Below, one piece after another: positions 7,741 through 18,607 of a stretch of 64,000 nucleotides of DNA. Each line of letters starts with the position of its first letter. The first letter of the stretch is position 1. This DNA is from a virus. The notes beneath the pieces were generated by a model. That model was not told the DNA's origin and made no database searches. It was given only the letters and a program-made list of their open reading frames with translations. The stretch spans positions 1 through 64,000 of IMG/VR virus record IMGVR_UViG_3300050343_000216, one strand, 5' to 3'. The position numbers were made by a program, and so were the translations under genes.

Positions 7741-8664
7741 ATGCGTGAATTTCTTGAAAAAGCGAGTATTGCTTACTTCTCGGGGTATCCTATAATCTCC
7801 GACAGTGAGTTTGATGCGTTAGTAAAAAAGTATAACTACGATCAAGTGGGCTATCAGGTAACTGATGGAGTTCCACATATGTATCGTATGTACTCTTTAC
7901 AAAAGTTTTTCAATCTTGCAGAAGCTCCTACTAACTTAACGGACTATGTAGTTAGCCCTAAGTTAGACGGTGCCGCAGTGTCTTTACTATATGTAAATGG
8001 TCACTTGGCACTTGGATTGACTCGTGGGGACGGTAATCTTGGCCGAGAGATTACCGACAAACTCGAAACACTAGTCCCTCGTACTATTCCCTTGAAGGGA
8101 GAAGTACAGATTACTGGTGAAGTAGTTTGCCCCTCGAATGTCACCAATGCGAGAAATGTCGCAGCGGGGTCACTTAATCTCAAGGATCTGGCCGAGTTTC
8201 GTACTCGACCACTGACTTTTGTGGCCTATGATATGCAGGGTGTTCGTCACTCTACATATACTGAGACACTTTCTTTCTTGGCCCAGGAAGGATTTAACAC
8301 AGTAGATACCTTCGACTACAGTAACTATCCTACGGATGGTATTGTATATCGTATAGACTGTACTAATTCCTTCAATAAACTGGGACATACAGCCCACCAT
8401 CCTCGTGGCGCTTTTGCTCTCAAAGAGCAGAAGGAGGGTATGTATACAGAATTGCTCGATGTTGTGTGGCAAGTTGGTAAATCTGGGGTAGTCAGCCCAG
8501 TAGCCATACTTGATCCTGTCGAAGTGGAAGGCGCTCTTGTGAGCAGGGCTACTCTACACAACATTGAGTACATTCGCTCCTTAGAACTAGAAATTGGTTG
8601 CACTGTAGAAGTTATTCGTAGTGGAGAAATTATCCCTCGAATTTTACGACGTGTTGACCTTTGA
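7741..8664 (+). CDS. ligA: NAD-dependent DNA ligase, subunit A (adenylation and OB domains)
   Basis: KLDG active site, TRGDG, RN.AAGSL, DGIV, VGKSG, RATLHN, RSGEIIPRI. Confidence 0.93.
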   Translation: MREFLEKASIAYFSGYPIISDSEFDALVKKYNYDQVGYQVTDGVPHMYRMYSLQKFFNLAEAPTNLTDYVVSPKLDGAAVSLLYVNGHLALGLTRGDGNLGREITDKLETLVPRTIPLKGEVQITGEVVCPSNVTNARNVAAGSLNLKDLAEFRTRPLTFVAYDMQGVRHSTYTETLSFLAQEGFNTVDTFDYSNYPTDGIVYRIDCTNSFNKLGHTAHHPRGAFALKEQKEGMYTELLDVVWQVGKSGVVSPVAILDPVEVEGALVSRATLHNIEYIRSLELEIGCTVEVIRSGEIIPRILRRVDL

Positions 8665-8675
8665 AAAAATAGTTC

Positions 8676-8704
8676 TTGACTTTTACCTCACTTTTTCGTA
8701 TAAT
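8676..8704 (+). promoter_or_regulatory. Sigma70 promoter
   Basis: TTGACT-17-TATAAT preceded by AAAAATAGTTC. Confidence 0.85.
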
Positions 8705-8730
8705 ATATTTTACTTTTTCGGAGAATCAAA

Positions 8731-9486
8731 ATGCTGCGAGCGATCATGCCTCCTACAGACTGCCCGTCCTGCGGGTCAGAACTGGAGTGGCTGAATCAAC
8801 TTCTATATTGTAAGAGTACCATTTGTGGCGCTCAGAAGCAAAAGAAGATAGAGCACTTTGCAAAAACTCTGAAAATTAAGGGCTTAGGCCCTGCGGCTGT
8901 AGAAAAGCTGGGTATTCAAGACTTCGATGAAGTATACACTCTCGACGTAGAGTATATGACTTCAGCTTTAAGTTCTGAAAAAATTGCACTCAAGTTGAAA
9001 AGTGAGATAGACAATTCAAAGTCTGCCCCACTTGACTTAGTGTTGCCCGCTTTTGGTATTCCATTAATCGGAAAAACGGCAACGAAGAAGCTGTCTGAGA
9101 CTGTTAAAAATATTAGTGAAATAAATACAGACACTTGTATGCGTGCCGGATTAGGCCCAAAAGCGACCGAGAATCTTATGTCCTGGCTTATGGATGAGTT
9201 CTACACTTTCTACGATGGGTACTTACCTTTTAATTTTAAATTTGCATTTGTGGAAAAAGTAGAAATTAAAGGAGTAGTTTGCATTAGTGGACGTTTGAAG
9301 AGTTTCAAAACGAAAGCTGACGCTAACGAAACTTTGTCAAGCCTGGGCTATGAAGTAAAGTCTAGTCTTACAAAAGACGTAACGATTCTTGTGAATGAAA
9401 GCGGTATTGAATCGTCAAAAACTAAACAGGCCAGAGAATCTGGCATAAAAATTATTACGGATTTAAAATCCTATTTGGAGAACTAA
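8731..9486 (+). CDS. ligB: NAD-dependent DNA ligase, subunit B (Zn finger, HhH, BRCT)
   Basis: CPSCGS...C...C; IKGLGP and GIPLIG HhH motifs; C-terminal BRCT; split ligase as in T5. Confidence 0.9.
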   Translation: MLRAIMPPTDCPSCGSELEWLNQLLYCKSTICGAQKQKKIEHFAKTLKIKGLGPAAVEKLGIQDFDEVYTLDVEYMTSALSSEKIALKLKSEIDNSKSAPLDLVLPAFGIPLIGKTATKKLSETVKNISEINTDTCMRAGLGPKATENLMSWLMDEFYTFYDGYLPFNFKFAFVEKVEIKGVVCISGRLKSFKTKADANETLSSLGYEVKSSLTKDVTILVNESGIESSKTKQARESGIKIITDLKSYLEN

Positions 9487-9488
9487 GT

Positions 9489-10214
9489 ATGGCACTTCCT
9501 AAGTGGACTGATGAGCGTACAGCTCAACTAACAGCTTTCGTCGGTGACGAGAGCCCTGTTTCACAAAACACTGTTGCAGAAGCAGCAGACAACCTCGAAA
9601 CTTCTACTCGTTCTGTCTCTAGCAAATTGCGAAAGATGGGCTACGACGTAGAGCTGGCTTCTGCTCGAGCTTCGCGTGCTTTTAGCGAAGATCAAGAAGC
9701 TACTCTTGCTGCTTTTGTTTCTGACAACAGTGGTGATTACACCTATGCTCAAATTGCTGAGCATTTTGAAGACGGCGCTTTTTCAGCGAAGTCAATCCAG
9801 GGCAAGATTTTGTCTATGGAACTAACCGATCATGTCAAGCCTGCTCCTAAGGTTGAGACTGTTCGTACCTATTCCCCTGAAGAGGAAGCTACGTTTATCG
9901 CTATGGTAAGCGACGGTGCGTTTGTCGAAGCTATTGCAGAAGCCCTTGATCGTTCTGTAAACTCTGTTCGTGGTAAGGCTCTTAGCCTGCTTCGCTCAGG
10001 TGAAATCGACGCTATTCCACGTCAAGAGCACACCAAAGGTGGAGCTAAGGAAGATCCCTTGGCAGACCTCGGTGATGTGTCTGGAATGACTGTCGAAGAG
10101 ATCGCAGAGGCAATCGGCAAGACTGCTCGCGGTGTTAAGACTATGCTGACTCGTCGAGGCATTTCTGCTTCCGACTATGACGGTGCTGCAAAGAAAGAAA
10201 AGGCTGCTAGCTAA
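9489..10214 (+). CDS. T5 D5-like DNA-binding protein
   Basis: Repeated HTH segments (RSVSSKLRKMG, SVRGKALSL, TARGVKTMLTRRG); follows ligase B. Confidence 0.8.
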   Translation: MALPKWTDERTAQLTAFVGDESPVSQNTVAEAADNLETSTRSVSSKLRKMGYDVELASARASRAFSEDQEATLAAFVSDNSGDYTYAQIAEHFEDGAFSAKSIQGKILSMELTDHVKPAPKVETVRTYSPEEEATFIAMVSDGAFVEAIAEALDRSVNSVRGKALSLLRSGEIDAIPRQEHTKGGAKEDPLADLGDVSGMTVEEIAEAIGKTARGVKTMLTRRGISASDYDGAAKKEKAAS

Positions 10215-10229
10215 GTAGACTTTCTTTTG

Positions 10230-10266
10230 AGCAACCGTAGCGGGTGCGTTGCGGTTGCTTTTTTTA
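10230..10266 (+). terminator. Rho-independent terminator
   Basis: AGCAACCGTAGCG-GGTG-CGTTGCGGTTGCT followed by a T run. Confidence 0.85.
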
Positions 10267-10284
10267 TGTATTCGGGGAACTTAA

Positions 10285-11637
10285 TTGAATATTGCTTCTG
10301 CATTAATCAAACAGATTGTTACGCTTCAGGATGCTGATACCTGGAGTTATCTGCGTAAGCATTATTTACCCAACGAATATCACACTATTTTTAGTATCAT
10401 TGATGGACACTCACAGAAGTACCATTCCGTACCTACGTTCGAAGAACTAAAGTACGAGATACGAGATAGTGCTACACAAGAAAAACTCCTTGCTATCGAA
10501 GCAATGGAAGTTGAAGCAGAGCCTTCTATGCTGCTTCAGTATCTCAAGAATGAGTTTACTCAGAAAGAGATTCTTTCTTCTCTTGAGACTTATATTGACC
10601 ACTCCATATCTTTTGAAGATGCGGAAGAGTCAGTATCCCATCTGCACCAGATTGTTCTAGACATAGAAGATAAAGTAGAGCTAGAACAGCCGCAGGAAAG
10701 TATGCAACGTATTTCCCTGTTCCCAGCAGAAGAGGAATTGGACAAGTACCTGCCCCTCGGGCTTAATGCTGCGTTTGACGAAGAGTTCAAGTTCTCTCCC
10801 CGAGATTTGATTCTTGTTGGAGGCAAACGAGGGTCAGGTAAGTCCATAACGTGCTGTAACATTGCAAACACTGTTTACGAAACTGGAAAGTCGGCAATCT
10901 ATTTCACTATTGAGATGGATAGTCGAGAGATTTTACAAAGATGTTGTTCTATCTCTACTGGAGTTTCCCACGAGAAAATACGAAAGAGAAATCTTAGTAT
11001 GATTGAGTGGGAAAAAGTTGCGGCTTGGTGGGCAAGTCGTTTTGTAGAGGGCGATGATAAATACTTAGAGTACAAAGAGCACAGAGACTTCGATCGTCTA
11101 CACTACGAGCTAAAGACTAGCTGTGAGCTTCTCCCGACTCAACAGCTAGATGTAGTCTATGATGCTTCTCTTACTCTATCAAAGATCAGAGCCGAATTAG
11201 ATAAAAAGATCAAGAGCGCAATGAATGTTGGTGTAGTTATTGTTGACTATATTAACCAAGTAAAACGTTCCAATCTTCCATCACGCGCAGGTCAGTATGA
11301 CTGGACTGAGCAGATCGAAGTAAGTAAAGCATTGAAATCAATGGCTCAGGAGTATGAAGTACCCGTTTATAGCCCGTATCAAATAGATGCCACAGGGGAA
11401 GCTCGCTTCGCCAAAGGTATTCTCGATGCAGCGGATGCTGCGTTCACAATTGATACTTGGAAAACAGAGGATGCCATTATGACATTTAACTGTACAAAGA
11501 TGAGAAGTGGTAAGATGGGAACCTTCACTTCTTTTATGGACTGGGATACTCTAAAAATCGGCCCTGAGTCAGCACTTACACCAGATGAAAGGGAGGAAGA
11601 CGCCCACAAAACTGGTGAAGAAATAAACGACATCTAA
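10285..11637 (+). CDS. dnaB: Replicative DnaB-like helicase
   Basis: Walker A GGKRGSGKS; FTIEM; VIVDYINQ; SPYQ. Confidence 0.9.
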   Translation: MNIASALIKQIVTLQDADTWSYLRKHYLPNEYHTIFSIIDGHSQKYHSVPTFEELKYEIRDSATQEKLLAIEAMEVEAEPSMLLQYLKNEFTQKEILSSLETYIDHSISFEDAEESVSHLHQIVLDIEDKVELEQPQESMQRISLFPAEEELDKYLPLGLNAAFDEEFKFSPRDLILVGGKRGSGKSITCCNIANTVYETGKSAIYFTIEMDSREILQRCCSISTGVSHEKIRKRNLSMIEWEKVAAWWASRFVEGDDKYLEYKEHRDFDRLHYELKTSCELLPTQQLDVVYDASLTLSKIRAELDKKIKSAMNVGVVIVDYINQVKRSNLPSRAGQYDWTEQIEVSKALKSMAQEYEVPVYSPYQIDATGEARFAKGILDAADAAFTIDTWKTEDAIMTFNCTKMRSGKMGTFTSFMDWDTLKIGPESALTPDEREEDAHKTGEEINDI

Positions 11638-11646
11638 AAATAGTTC

Positions 11647-11675
11647 TTGACACTCCTGCTGATTTTTGGTATAAT
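11647..11675 (+). promoter_or_regulatory. Sigma70 promoter
   Basis: TTGACA-17-TATAAT preceded by AAAAATAGTTC. Confidence 0.88.
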
Positions 11676-11702
11676 ATATCTTCTATTGGCAGGAGTTTTT
11701 TT

Positions 11703-11999
11703 ATGGGAGTCATACATGGATCAATGCGTCACACTGTCTCAGGCAGAAAAAAGAAAGTTACTAGAAGAAAGACTGTACCTCACAAGACTGGGCATATCAC
11801 TAACGTTAGCAGACTTGCGTACCGGAGAAGTACCCCCGAATACGTTTCTGTGGCAGAAACAACTGGAGTTGCCGCTAGAGTGGAAGCGCCACGTTACACG
11901 GGAACCCTTGTTAAAGGTATCGGAACCATGCACAAGTCAAACGCAATCCCAATCATTGACGAAGAACAAATGAAAGATTTAGCGAGGATGAGGAGATGA
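11703..11999 (+). CDS. Basic hypothetical phage protein
   Basis: AGGAG RBS; C-terminal GIGTMHKSNAIPI motif. Confidence 0.7.
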   Translation: MGVIHGSMRHTVSGRKKKVTRRKTVPHKTGHITNVSRLAYRRSTPEYVSVAETTGVAARVEAPRYTGTLVKGIGTMHKSNAIPIIDEEQMKDLARMRR

Positions 12000-12331
12000 A
12001 AACAGTAGGATTTTGGGTATATGATTTATACAAGTTTTTCTTCGACCTAAAGATTAATCCGTTACGTCATATACCAAATGCATTTACGCAGTTTATTTTA
12101 ATGTTTTATTTATCTGTTATGTGGACTGCCGTGTTTACAATATATGCGGGTCAGACTATATATTTCGGATTAGGAAGTACAGCAGCACATCTACTTGTAG
12201 TAGGTGCTTTTTTTGTTACAGCACTTATATTCGAAGATGCAGAAAAGAATGGTCATCTATGGGTAAAAAGAGATAAGACTCTTAAAGTGGAAGATCGTAG
12301 ATGTGTGTGGGACTTGGAGAAGGAAGGATGA
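11996..12331 (+). CDS. Hypothetical membrane protein (2 TM)
   Basis: NPLRHIP motif followed by two hydrophobic segments; ATGA overlap. Confidence 0.7.
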   Translation: MKTVGFWVYDLYKFFFDLKINPLRHIPNAFTQFILMFYLSVMWTAVFTIYAGQTIYFGLGSTAAHLLVVGAFFVTALIFEDAEKNGHLWVKRDKTLKVEDRRCVWDLEKEG

Positions 12332-12597
12332 GTCTTTCTCCCAGGGTAGAAGTAAAAGTTGGCCCTTTATTTGATATACTAGAAGGAGCAATGGCTGAGG
12401 AAAATATAGACTTAGCAAAAACAATGATTGATCGTATTAGTATATATTTTCATCTACTAGACGATGAGCATGTAGACTATTATCAGGCGTGCCAGCACGC
12501 TATTGAAGATGACACCGTTCATTATTTTTCAAAAGAAGATGATTATAATGAACCTACCGAATATGATGAATGGCAAGATTTTGATCAGGGCTGCTAG
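12328..12597 (+). CDS. Acidic hypothetical protein
   Basis: Coupled start; acidic C-terminus EPTEYDEWQDFDQGC. Confidence 0.6.
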   Translation: MSLSPRVEVKVGPLFDILEGAMAEENIDLAKTMIDRISIYFHLLDDEHVDYYQACQHAIEDDTVHYFSKEDDYNEPTEYDEWQDFDQGC

Positions 12598-13424
12598 TGA
12601 ACGTAGAAGAATTATTACAATCTAAACAAGTTGAGTATATACCGAAGGGCAAAGACTATGTAGTATCGTGTCTAAGTCCTGAGCATGATGATACTAATCC
12701 CAGTATGAGAGTAGATCAAATTACTGGGATCTTTCACTGTTTCTCTTGTGGTTACAAGGGGAATTTGTTTGTGCATTTTGGAGAAAGGGCAAGTTTTCTA
12801 CACTTACGCAGGGAACTTCTAAAGAAAAAAATTCGTGAAAAGAGAGCTGAAAGTGTGGGCTTGCCCTTTCCTCAAAGTGCATTACCTTATGTAGGAAACT
12901 GGAGAAATATAAAGCCAGAGACTTATCGTAAGTTTGAAGTTTTTCAGGATCATGACGCCTTTGTTGGTAGAATAGTATTTCCTGTTCGTGATATTTCTGG
13001 AAAAATTGTAGCATTTAATGCAAGACATATGACAGGAGGTACTCCAAAGTACCTTATTAGCCCTCCTGGGGCACGAATGCCTCTGTATCCTGCTAAAGTA
13101 GAGCCGATACAGGGCAGTGTTATTCTCGTAGAAGGAATCTACGATATGGTAAATCTGCATGATAAAGGGTTAACAAATGCAGTATGTTGTTTTGGCACAA
13201 GGAATATTAATGAAGATAAGCTATCTATTCTTAGACTACAAGGAGTAGAGCGCGCAGTGATCTTCTTTGACGGTGATGAAGCAGGACAGTCCGCCGCTGT
13301 AAATGTAAAGGATATGTGTGAGCGAATAGACTTACTAACAGTAAATGTAAATATTCCTGATACAGACCCAGGAGGACTAACAGAAGCACAGGTAGATAAA
13401 CTAAAGAAAAAACTATACGCATAG
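12597..13424 (+). CDS. DNA primase (CHC2 Zn finger and TOPRIM)
   Basis: CLSPEHDDTNPS...FHCFSCG; VEGIYD; FDGDEAG; DPG. Confidence 0.92.
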   Translation: MNVEELLQSKQVEYIPKGKDYVVSCLSPEHDDTNPSMRVDQITGIFHCFSCGYKGNLFVHFGERASFLHLRRELLKKKIREKRAESVGLPFPQSALPYVGNWRNIKPETYRKFEVFQDHDAFVGRIVFPVRDISGKIVAFNARHMTGGTPKYLISPPGARMPLYPAKVEPIQGSVILVEGIYDMVNLHDKGLTNAVCCFGTRNINEDKLSILRLQGVERAVIFFDGDEAGQSAAVNVKDMCERIDLLTVNVNIPDTDPGGLTEAQVDKLKKKLYA

Positions 13425-13434
13425 GAGTATGTAC

Positions 13435-15717
13435 ATGACGAGCCCAAGGGTTGCTCTAATAGAAACCAAACCAAGCAGAACCAACTTTAAAACAGAATTT
13501 GACCACGCTTTTGACTTTGACCAGTATCAGTTATGTTCTGATCCTACTCTTAAAAAAGTACTCAAGCGAGACTGCGATATTCAGATATGAACCCAGACTG
13601 TATGACTGGATTATTCTTAGTAGGCTCTGACGCTATGAAGTATTACACTAAAATTACTTCTGTTACAGAGTACTCAGGCAAAAAAGTAGAAAGCAAGTAC
13701 TTACCTAGTAATCAATCCAGCTATGCTGGCATTTAAGCCAGAAGCTAAAGAATACTTGGGAGTCTTCAAAAGAAAGTATTCATTGGGTACATCAAAGGCG
13801 AAATCGAAGAGGTAGTATTATAGATGATAGTATTGCATTCGGTATTCAAGATACGGAGGAAGCAAATGAATTTATTCGGGCTGCAATCGCAGACATGAAT
13901 GTAAGTATATTGCATTCGATTCTGAGACTACTGGACTCTACCCTCGTGATGGGTATATGCTTGGTATCTCTTTCTTATGAATAAAAGGCGCTTACATTGA
14001 TACAGATTGTTTTGATGCGAGAACTGAACAACTGCTACAACAATTGTTTGATGAAAAGACAGTAGTATTTCACAATGCAAAGTTTGATATGGCATTCTTT
14101 GAGTACCACTTTAACTTTAAGTTTCCAAACTTTGAAGACACCATGTTGCTCCATTACCTCATAGACGAGAATCCTGGAGGGCACGGTCTCAAAGCAGTTA
14201 CTTTCTTTAAAGTTTACTCCTTATGGAGATTACGAAAAGCCAATGTATGATTGGATTGACCAGTACAGAAAAGAAACTGGGTATTTTGAAGGGAGACTTT
14301 CAATGGGAGTCAATTCCTTTTGATGTAATGAAAACATATGCAGCTATGGATGCTTTATGTACTTTTTCTTAATTTACGAGAAGTTTGTAAAAATCAAGCA
14401 AAACAAAAACTGGCTTGGGTATACGATAATATTCTTATTCCAGGAACTAGATTTCTAACAGATACACAAGATAATGGTGTGCCTTTCGATAGAATACGTT
14501 TTAAAAGTCTCAAGTGCTAATGCAGCATGATATCGATGAAGCTATTGAAACTATATGAAAATCGAAAAATACGGAAGTTTGAAGAGATAAAAATGGAAGG
14601 ACTTTTAATCCGAATAGTACTGTGCAACTTCGTAAGCTTGTTATTTGATATGCTTCGGACTTCAACCTACTGGCAAAAAGACAGGTACAGGTGCAGACTC
14701 TACAGATGCGGAAGTGCTGAAAGAGCTCTCAGTTCAGAATGTACCGAAACTCATTCTGGATATTCGTCAAAAATCTAAGATTAAGAATACTTATCTTGAT
14801 AAGATTATACCTCAACTGGATCGAGATTCTAGCGTTTAAGGACAAACTTTAATCTGCATGGTACTACTTCTGGACGTCTTATCTAGTGGTAAGTTAAATA
14901 TGCAGCAGTTGCCTCGAGAGACAATCCTATTGTAAAAGGATGTATTAAAGCAGCAGAAGGTCATAAAATTGTTGCAATGGATTTAACTACAGCAGAGGTA
15001 TATGTTGCTGCAAAACTTGCGAACGATGAAGCACTGATGAATGTATTTCGTAGCGGTGGTAACTTTCACAGTACGATTGCGAACAACAGTATTCAAACTT
15101 CCTTGCGATGTAGAGAGAAGTCGCAGAGCTATACTCCGACACAACGTCAAGCTGCAAAAGCAGTAACATTTGGTATTATGTATGGCGCTGGGCCGAAAAG
15201 ATTAGTGAACAAGTTACTAAAGATTCTGGAACCTACTTTAGCCAGCAAGAGGCAAAAGAAGTTATTGATGACTATTTTAAGTCTTTCCACAAACTAAAAA
15301 GTGGATTGATGATAATCAGAAGTTTATTGAACAAAATGGGTTTATATATAGTTTCTTTGGCCGTAAAAGGAGATTACCTAATGTTCAAAGACCGACGCAG
15401 GCATCAAGAGTCATAGCATTCGTTCTGGTCTTAATTTTTTGGTTCAGTCTGCTGCTTCTGATATCAACCTTCTAGGAGCTATTGATATGGGAGAGTTTAT
15501 AAAGTCTCAAGGCATGAAGGCAAGAATCTTTGCACTTGTACATGACTCAATCCTTGCAGAAGTACCAGACGACGAGATAGACTTTTATTCAGAAGTTTTG
15601 GAAAAGTTTATACAATTAGACAGAGGAATCTCTATATCAGGCGCTCCAGTAGGGTGTGACTTTGAAGTTGGAGAGGACTACTCTATGGGTAAGTTTGAAA
15701 AAATGTATGAACAGTGA
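13435..15717 (+). CDS. pol: T5-like family A DNA polymerase, broken by many indels (probably sequence errors)
   Basis: Fragments show FDSETTGL (ExoI), HNAKFD, GTTSGR, DLTTAEV (motif A), RQAAKAVTFGIMYG (motif B) and VHDS (motif C); T5-like N-terminus. Confidence 0.9.
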
Positions 15718-16211
15718 TAATTACGTACAGAGAAATAAAGAAAATCAAGTTTCCAGTCTTTATTCTCCCCAATAGTAATTGGGAGAGTGTAGATGGTATA
15801 TTATTTCTAGATAATGAAGTAGTTGACGATAAAAATATGCCCGGACTAAGTCTGGGTATACGTCGATTACAAACCCCTTTTACAGAGCTGTTAGCCCTTA
15901 AACACTCTATAGATTCGCTAATTGGAATATTAAAGCAGACGAATAAAAAATGTTTCATTGATAGTAATGGTACTCCTTTTATTTATCAAAAAACAATTAA
16001 TGCTGCATTAAAATATTATAAAATACGAAAGATAGAGTTAAAGGGAGTAGCTTCTGTTATATGGTTAAAGGATATTAATTTTCCTTTTACCGTACCAAGA
16101 CCTCCTGCTCAAGAAATGACTTGGGCAGGAGTCTTACACATCGGCGGATTGCCTTGGTTATTATATGAGTACTCCGAAGAAAAACTAAAGGACACTCGAA
16201 GAAAAGTATAA
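15714..16211 (+). CDS. Conserved T5-like hypothetical protein downstream of pol
   Basis: Intact ORF; DDKN.PG.SLG.RRL motif; T5 synteny. Confidence 0.7.
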   Translation: MIITYREIKKIKFPVFILPNSNWESVDGILFLDNEVVDDKNMPGLSLGIRRLQTPFTELLALKHSIDSLIGILKQTNKKCFIDSNGTPFIYQKTINAALKYYKIRKIELKGVASVIWLKDINFPFTVPRPPAQEMTWAGVLHIGGLPWLLYEYSEEKLKDTRRKV

Positions 16212-16217
16212 AATTAT

Positions 16218-16877
16218 ATGGCTAGAAAAAGAAAGACTCTTGCGGGAGCAAACTTAGATTTACAAGAGATCGAACCACTTACTAAAAATCAAGTAGTGGC
16301 TTTCGAAAGTACTAAAAACCTAATGCTGCACGGAGTAGCAGGAACTGGAAAAACGTTTATATCTTCTTACTTAGCGTTCGATGATATGACCAAAGGTTTA
16401 TACGAAAAACTAGTAATTATAAGAAGTGCTGTACCTACTAGGGACATAGGATTCTTACCTGGAAATGAAAAAGAGAAGGCTTCAGTCTATGAAGAACCTT
16501 ACAAAGATATTTGTATCGAACTTTTCCAGCGAGGAGACGCATACGAGATACTCAAAACAAAAGGATTAGTACATTTTATGACTACTTCTTTTATTCGTGG
16601 AGTTACATTGCGAAATGCAATAATTCTAATTGATGAGTGTCAAAACATGAGTTTTCACGAACTAGACTCTATTATCACTAGAATGGGTCAAGGGTGTAGA
16701 GTTATCTTTTGTGGTGACTTTCGCCAAGCAGATTTAGCAAAAAATGGTTTGAAAGACTTTGTACGAGTCTTGAAAGCTATGGACGTATTTGATTTTATTG
16801 ACTTCGATATAAAAGATATTGTACGAAGTGAGTTTGTCAAACAATATATAACCGCAAAAACAGATTTAGGATTATGA
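16218..16877 (+). CDS. phoH: PhoH family ATPase
   Basis: GVAGTGKT, IGFLPG, FIRGVTL, DECQN, GDFRQAD, DIVRS. Confidence 0.95.
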   Translation: MARKRKTLAGANLDLQEIEPLTKNQVVAFESTKNLMLHGVAGTGKTFISSYLAFDDMTKGLYEKLVIIRSAVPTRDIGFLPGNEKEKASVYEEPYKDICIELFQRGDAYEILKTKGLVHFMTTSFIRGVTLRNAIILIDECQNMSFHELDSIITRMGQGCRVIFCGDFRQADLAKNGLKDFVRVLKAMDVFDFIDFDIKDIVRSEFVKQYITAKTDLGL

Positions 16878-16938
16878 AATTTAGTCAAAGATTGGATATA
16901 GCAATTATACTGTTATTACTAGTATATGTTATCATATT

Positions 16939-18004
16939 ATGAAAGCTGTAATAAGTAACAGGATTTATTTAGAAGTAACGAGAGAATATAAAGAGTTTTT
17001 AAGTAAAGAACTCACATACAAAATTCCCTCGCCTAACCCTAAAGATCCACCTATTGTTATTAAAAATATGGCACGAGTTCGAGAGGACTTGGTTACTATT
17101 CCTATTGGAAGAGTAGATTTAATCCCAGATGATTATGAAGTTGTCGATAGACGAATAAACAAGCCTGAAGAGTTTCCAGAATTTAAGTTTGAATTACGAC
17201 AAAGCCAACAGGATGTTTATAACGAGCTTGAAGACAACTGCATAATAAACGCATGGGTAAGTTGGGGTAAGACTTTTACGGGGTTGGCGATAGCCGGAAA
17301 ACTCGGACAAAAAACACTTGTAATTGTGCACACAGTTCCTTTACGGAATCAGTGGGCAAAAGAAGTGGAGAAAGTCTATGGAATTACACCAGGCATCATA
17401 GGCAGCGGAAAGTTTGATCTTGACGCTCCTATTGTGATTGGGAATACCCAGAGTTTATACCGTAATATTCAGAAGATTAGAAAAGAATTTGGAACAATTA
17501 TATTGGATGAAATGCATCATGTGAGTAGTCCAACTTTTTCCAAAGTTATCGACACAAACTATGCACGCTATAAGATCGGACTGTCAGGAACGATAGAAAG
17601 AAAAGATGGCAAGCATGTAGTATTTCGGGACTATTTTGGCAGTAAGGTATTTAAACCGCCAAAAGAAAACTTTATGACGCCAAAAGTAGATATTGTAAAG
17701 TCCGAAATACGATTTATGGACGGAGCAAGAATACCTTGGGCAAATCGTGTAACAGCTCTAGCGAACAACGAAGAGTACCGTCACACAGTAGCGATGCTTG
17801 CAGCATTTTACGCCGCTCAAGGGCATAAGGTGTTGGTAGTATCTGATCGAGTGCACTTTCTACAACACTGTGCTGAATTGGTCGGAGAAAAAGCAATTTG
17901 TGTTACGGGTGAGGTTCCGCATGAGCAAAGAGAAACGCTTATAGATGAGATAAATCATGGCACAAAAGAAATTTTATTCGGAACTCAAGCAATATTTAGT
18001 GAAG
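16939..18004 (+). CDS. T5 D10-like SF2 helicase, C-terminus missing
   Basis: WGKT, DEMHH, GLSGT. The sequence runs from GTQAIFSE directly into the next gene, and motif VI is absent. Confidence 0.85.
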
Positions 18005-18012
18005 AAAACAAA

Positions 18013-18607
18013 ATGGCATTAAGCTTTAACAAATCAAAGGGTTCCGCTCAAAAATCAAGTTCGTCTCGTAGGCGACATTCTCGCTCGATACGTTATTGGA
18101 TTAAAGGTGAGAATGATAAGAACATTCCTTTGGAGTGTCTTTCTTTTGACCGTAACAAAGAAGAGCTTTTAACAATCTAGAGAAAGATTGGGTTCGTGAA
18201 TACTATCCCGATCTTAAGTGTGGCTGGAGCTACGCTATGCAGTGCATTGACAATGGCGAAGTAAAAGTTGTAAACCTCAAGAAGAAGTTGTGGGAGCAAA
18301 TCTTACTGCTGCAGAAGATTTAGGCGATCCTACTGATCCTGAAACAGGCTGGGATGTTATGTTCAAGCGTGTAAAGACTGGCCCTCTGCCCTACAATGTA
18401 GAGTATCAGTTACAAGTATTAAAGTGCAAGCCTCGTGCTTTAGACGATGACGAGAGCTGCTGTTGCAGAAGCTCTGAAGTCTATGGATGATGTTATGCCT
18501 CGTCCTACTCCAGATGCTCAAAAAGAGCTTCTTGATCGTGTTCGTGAAGAGATACGGGTGAAATTGACGATTGACGAAAGCATTGAAGATGAGTTCAAGA
18601 TTCATGA
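18013..18607 (+). CDS. T5 D11-like ssDNA-binding protein (frameshifted)
   Basis: MALSFNKSKG; WIKGENDKNIPLECLSFDR; DLGDPTDPETGWDV.FKRVKTGP; acidic tail. Confidence 0.75.

Noticed and set aside
11647-11973. 108-aa membrane protein ORF in the track
   Set aside because: It starts at the TTG of the -35 box and spans the promoter; the RBS-supported ORF at 11703 is preferred.
16939-18180. Natural helicase-SSB fusion protein
   Set aside because: Helicase motif VI is missing and the SSB part is itself damaged, consistent with a deletion artefact.
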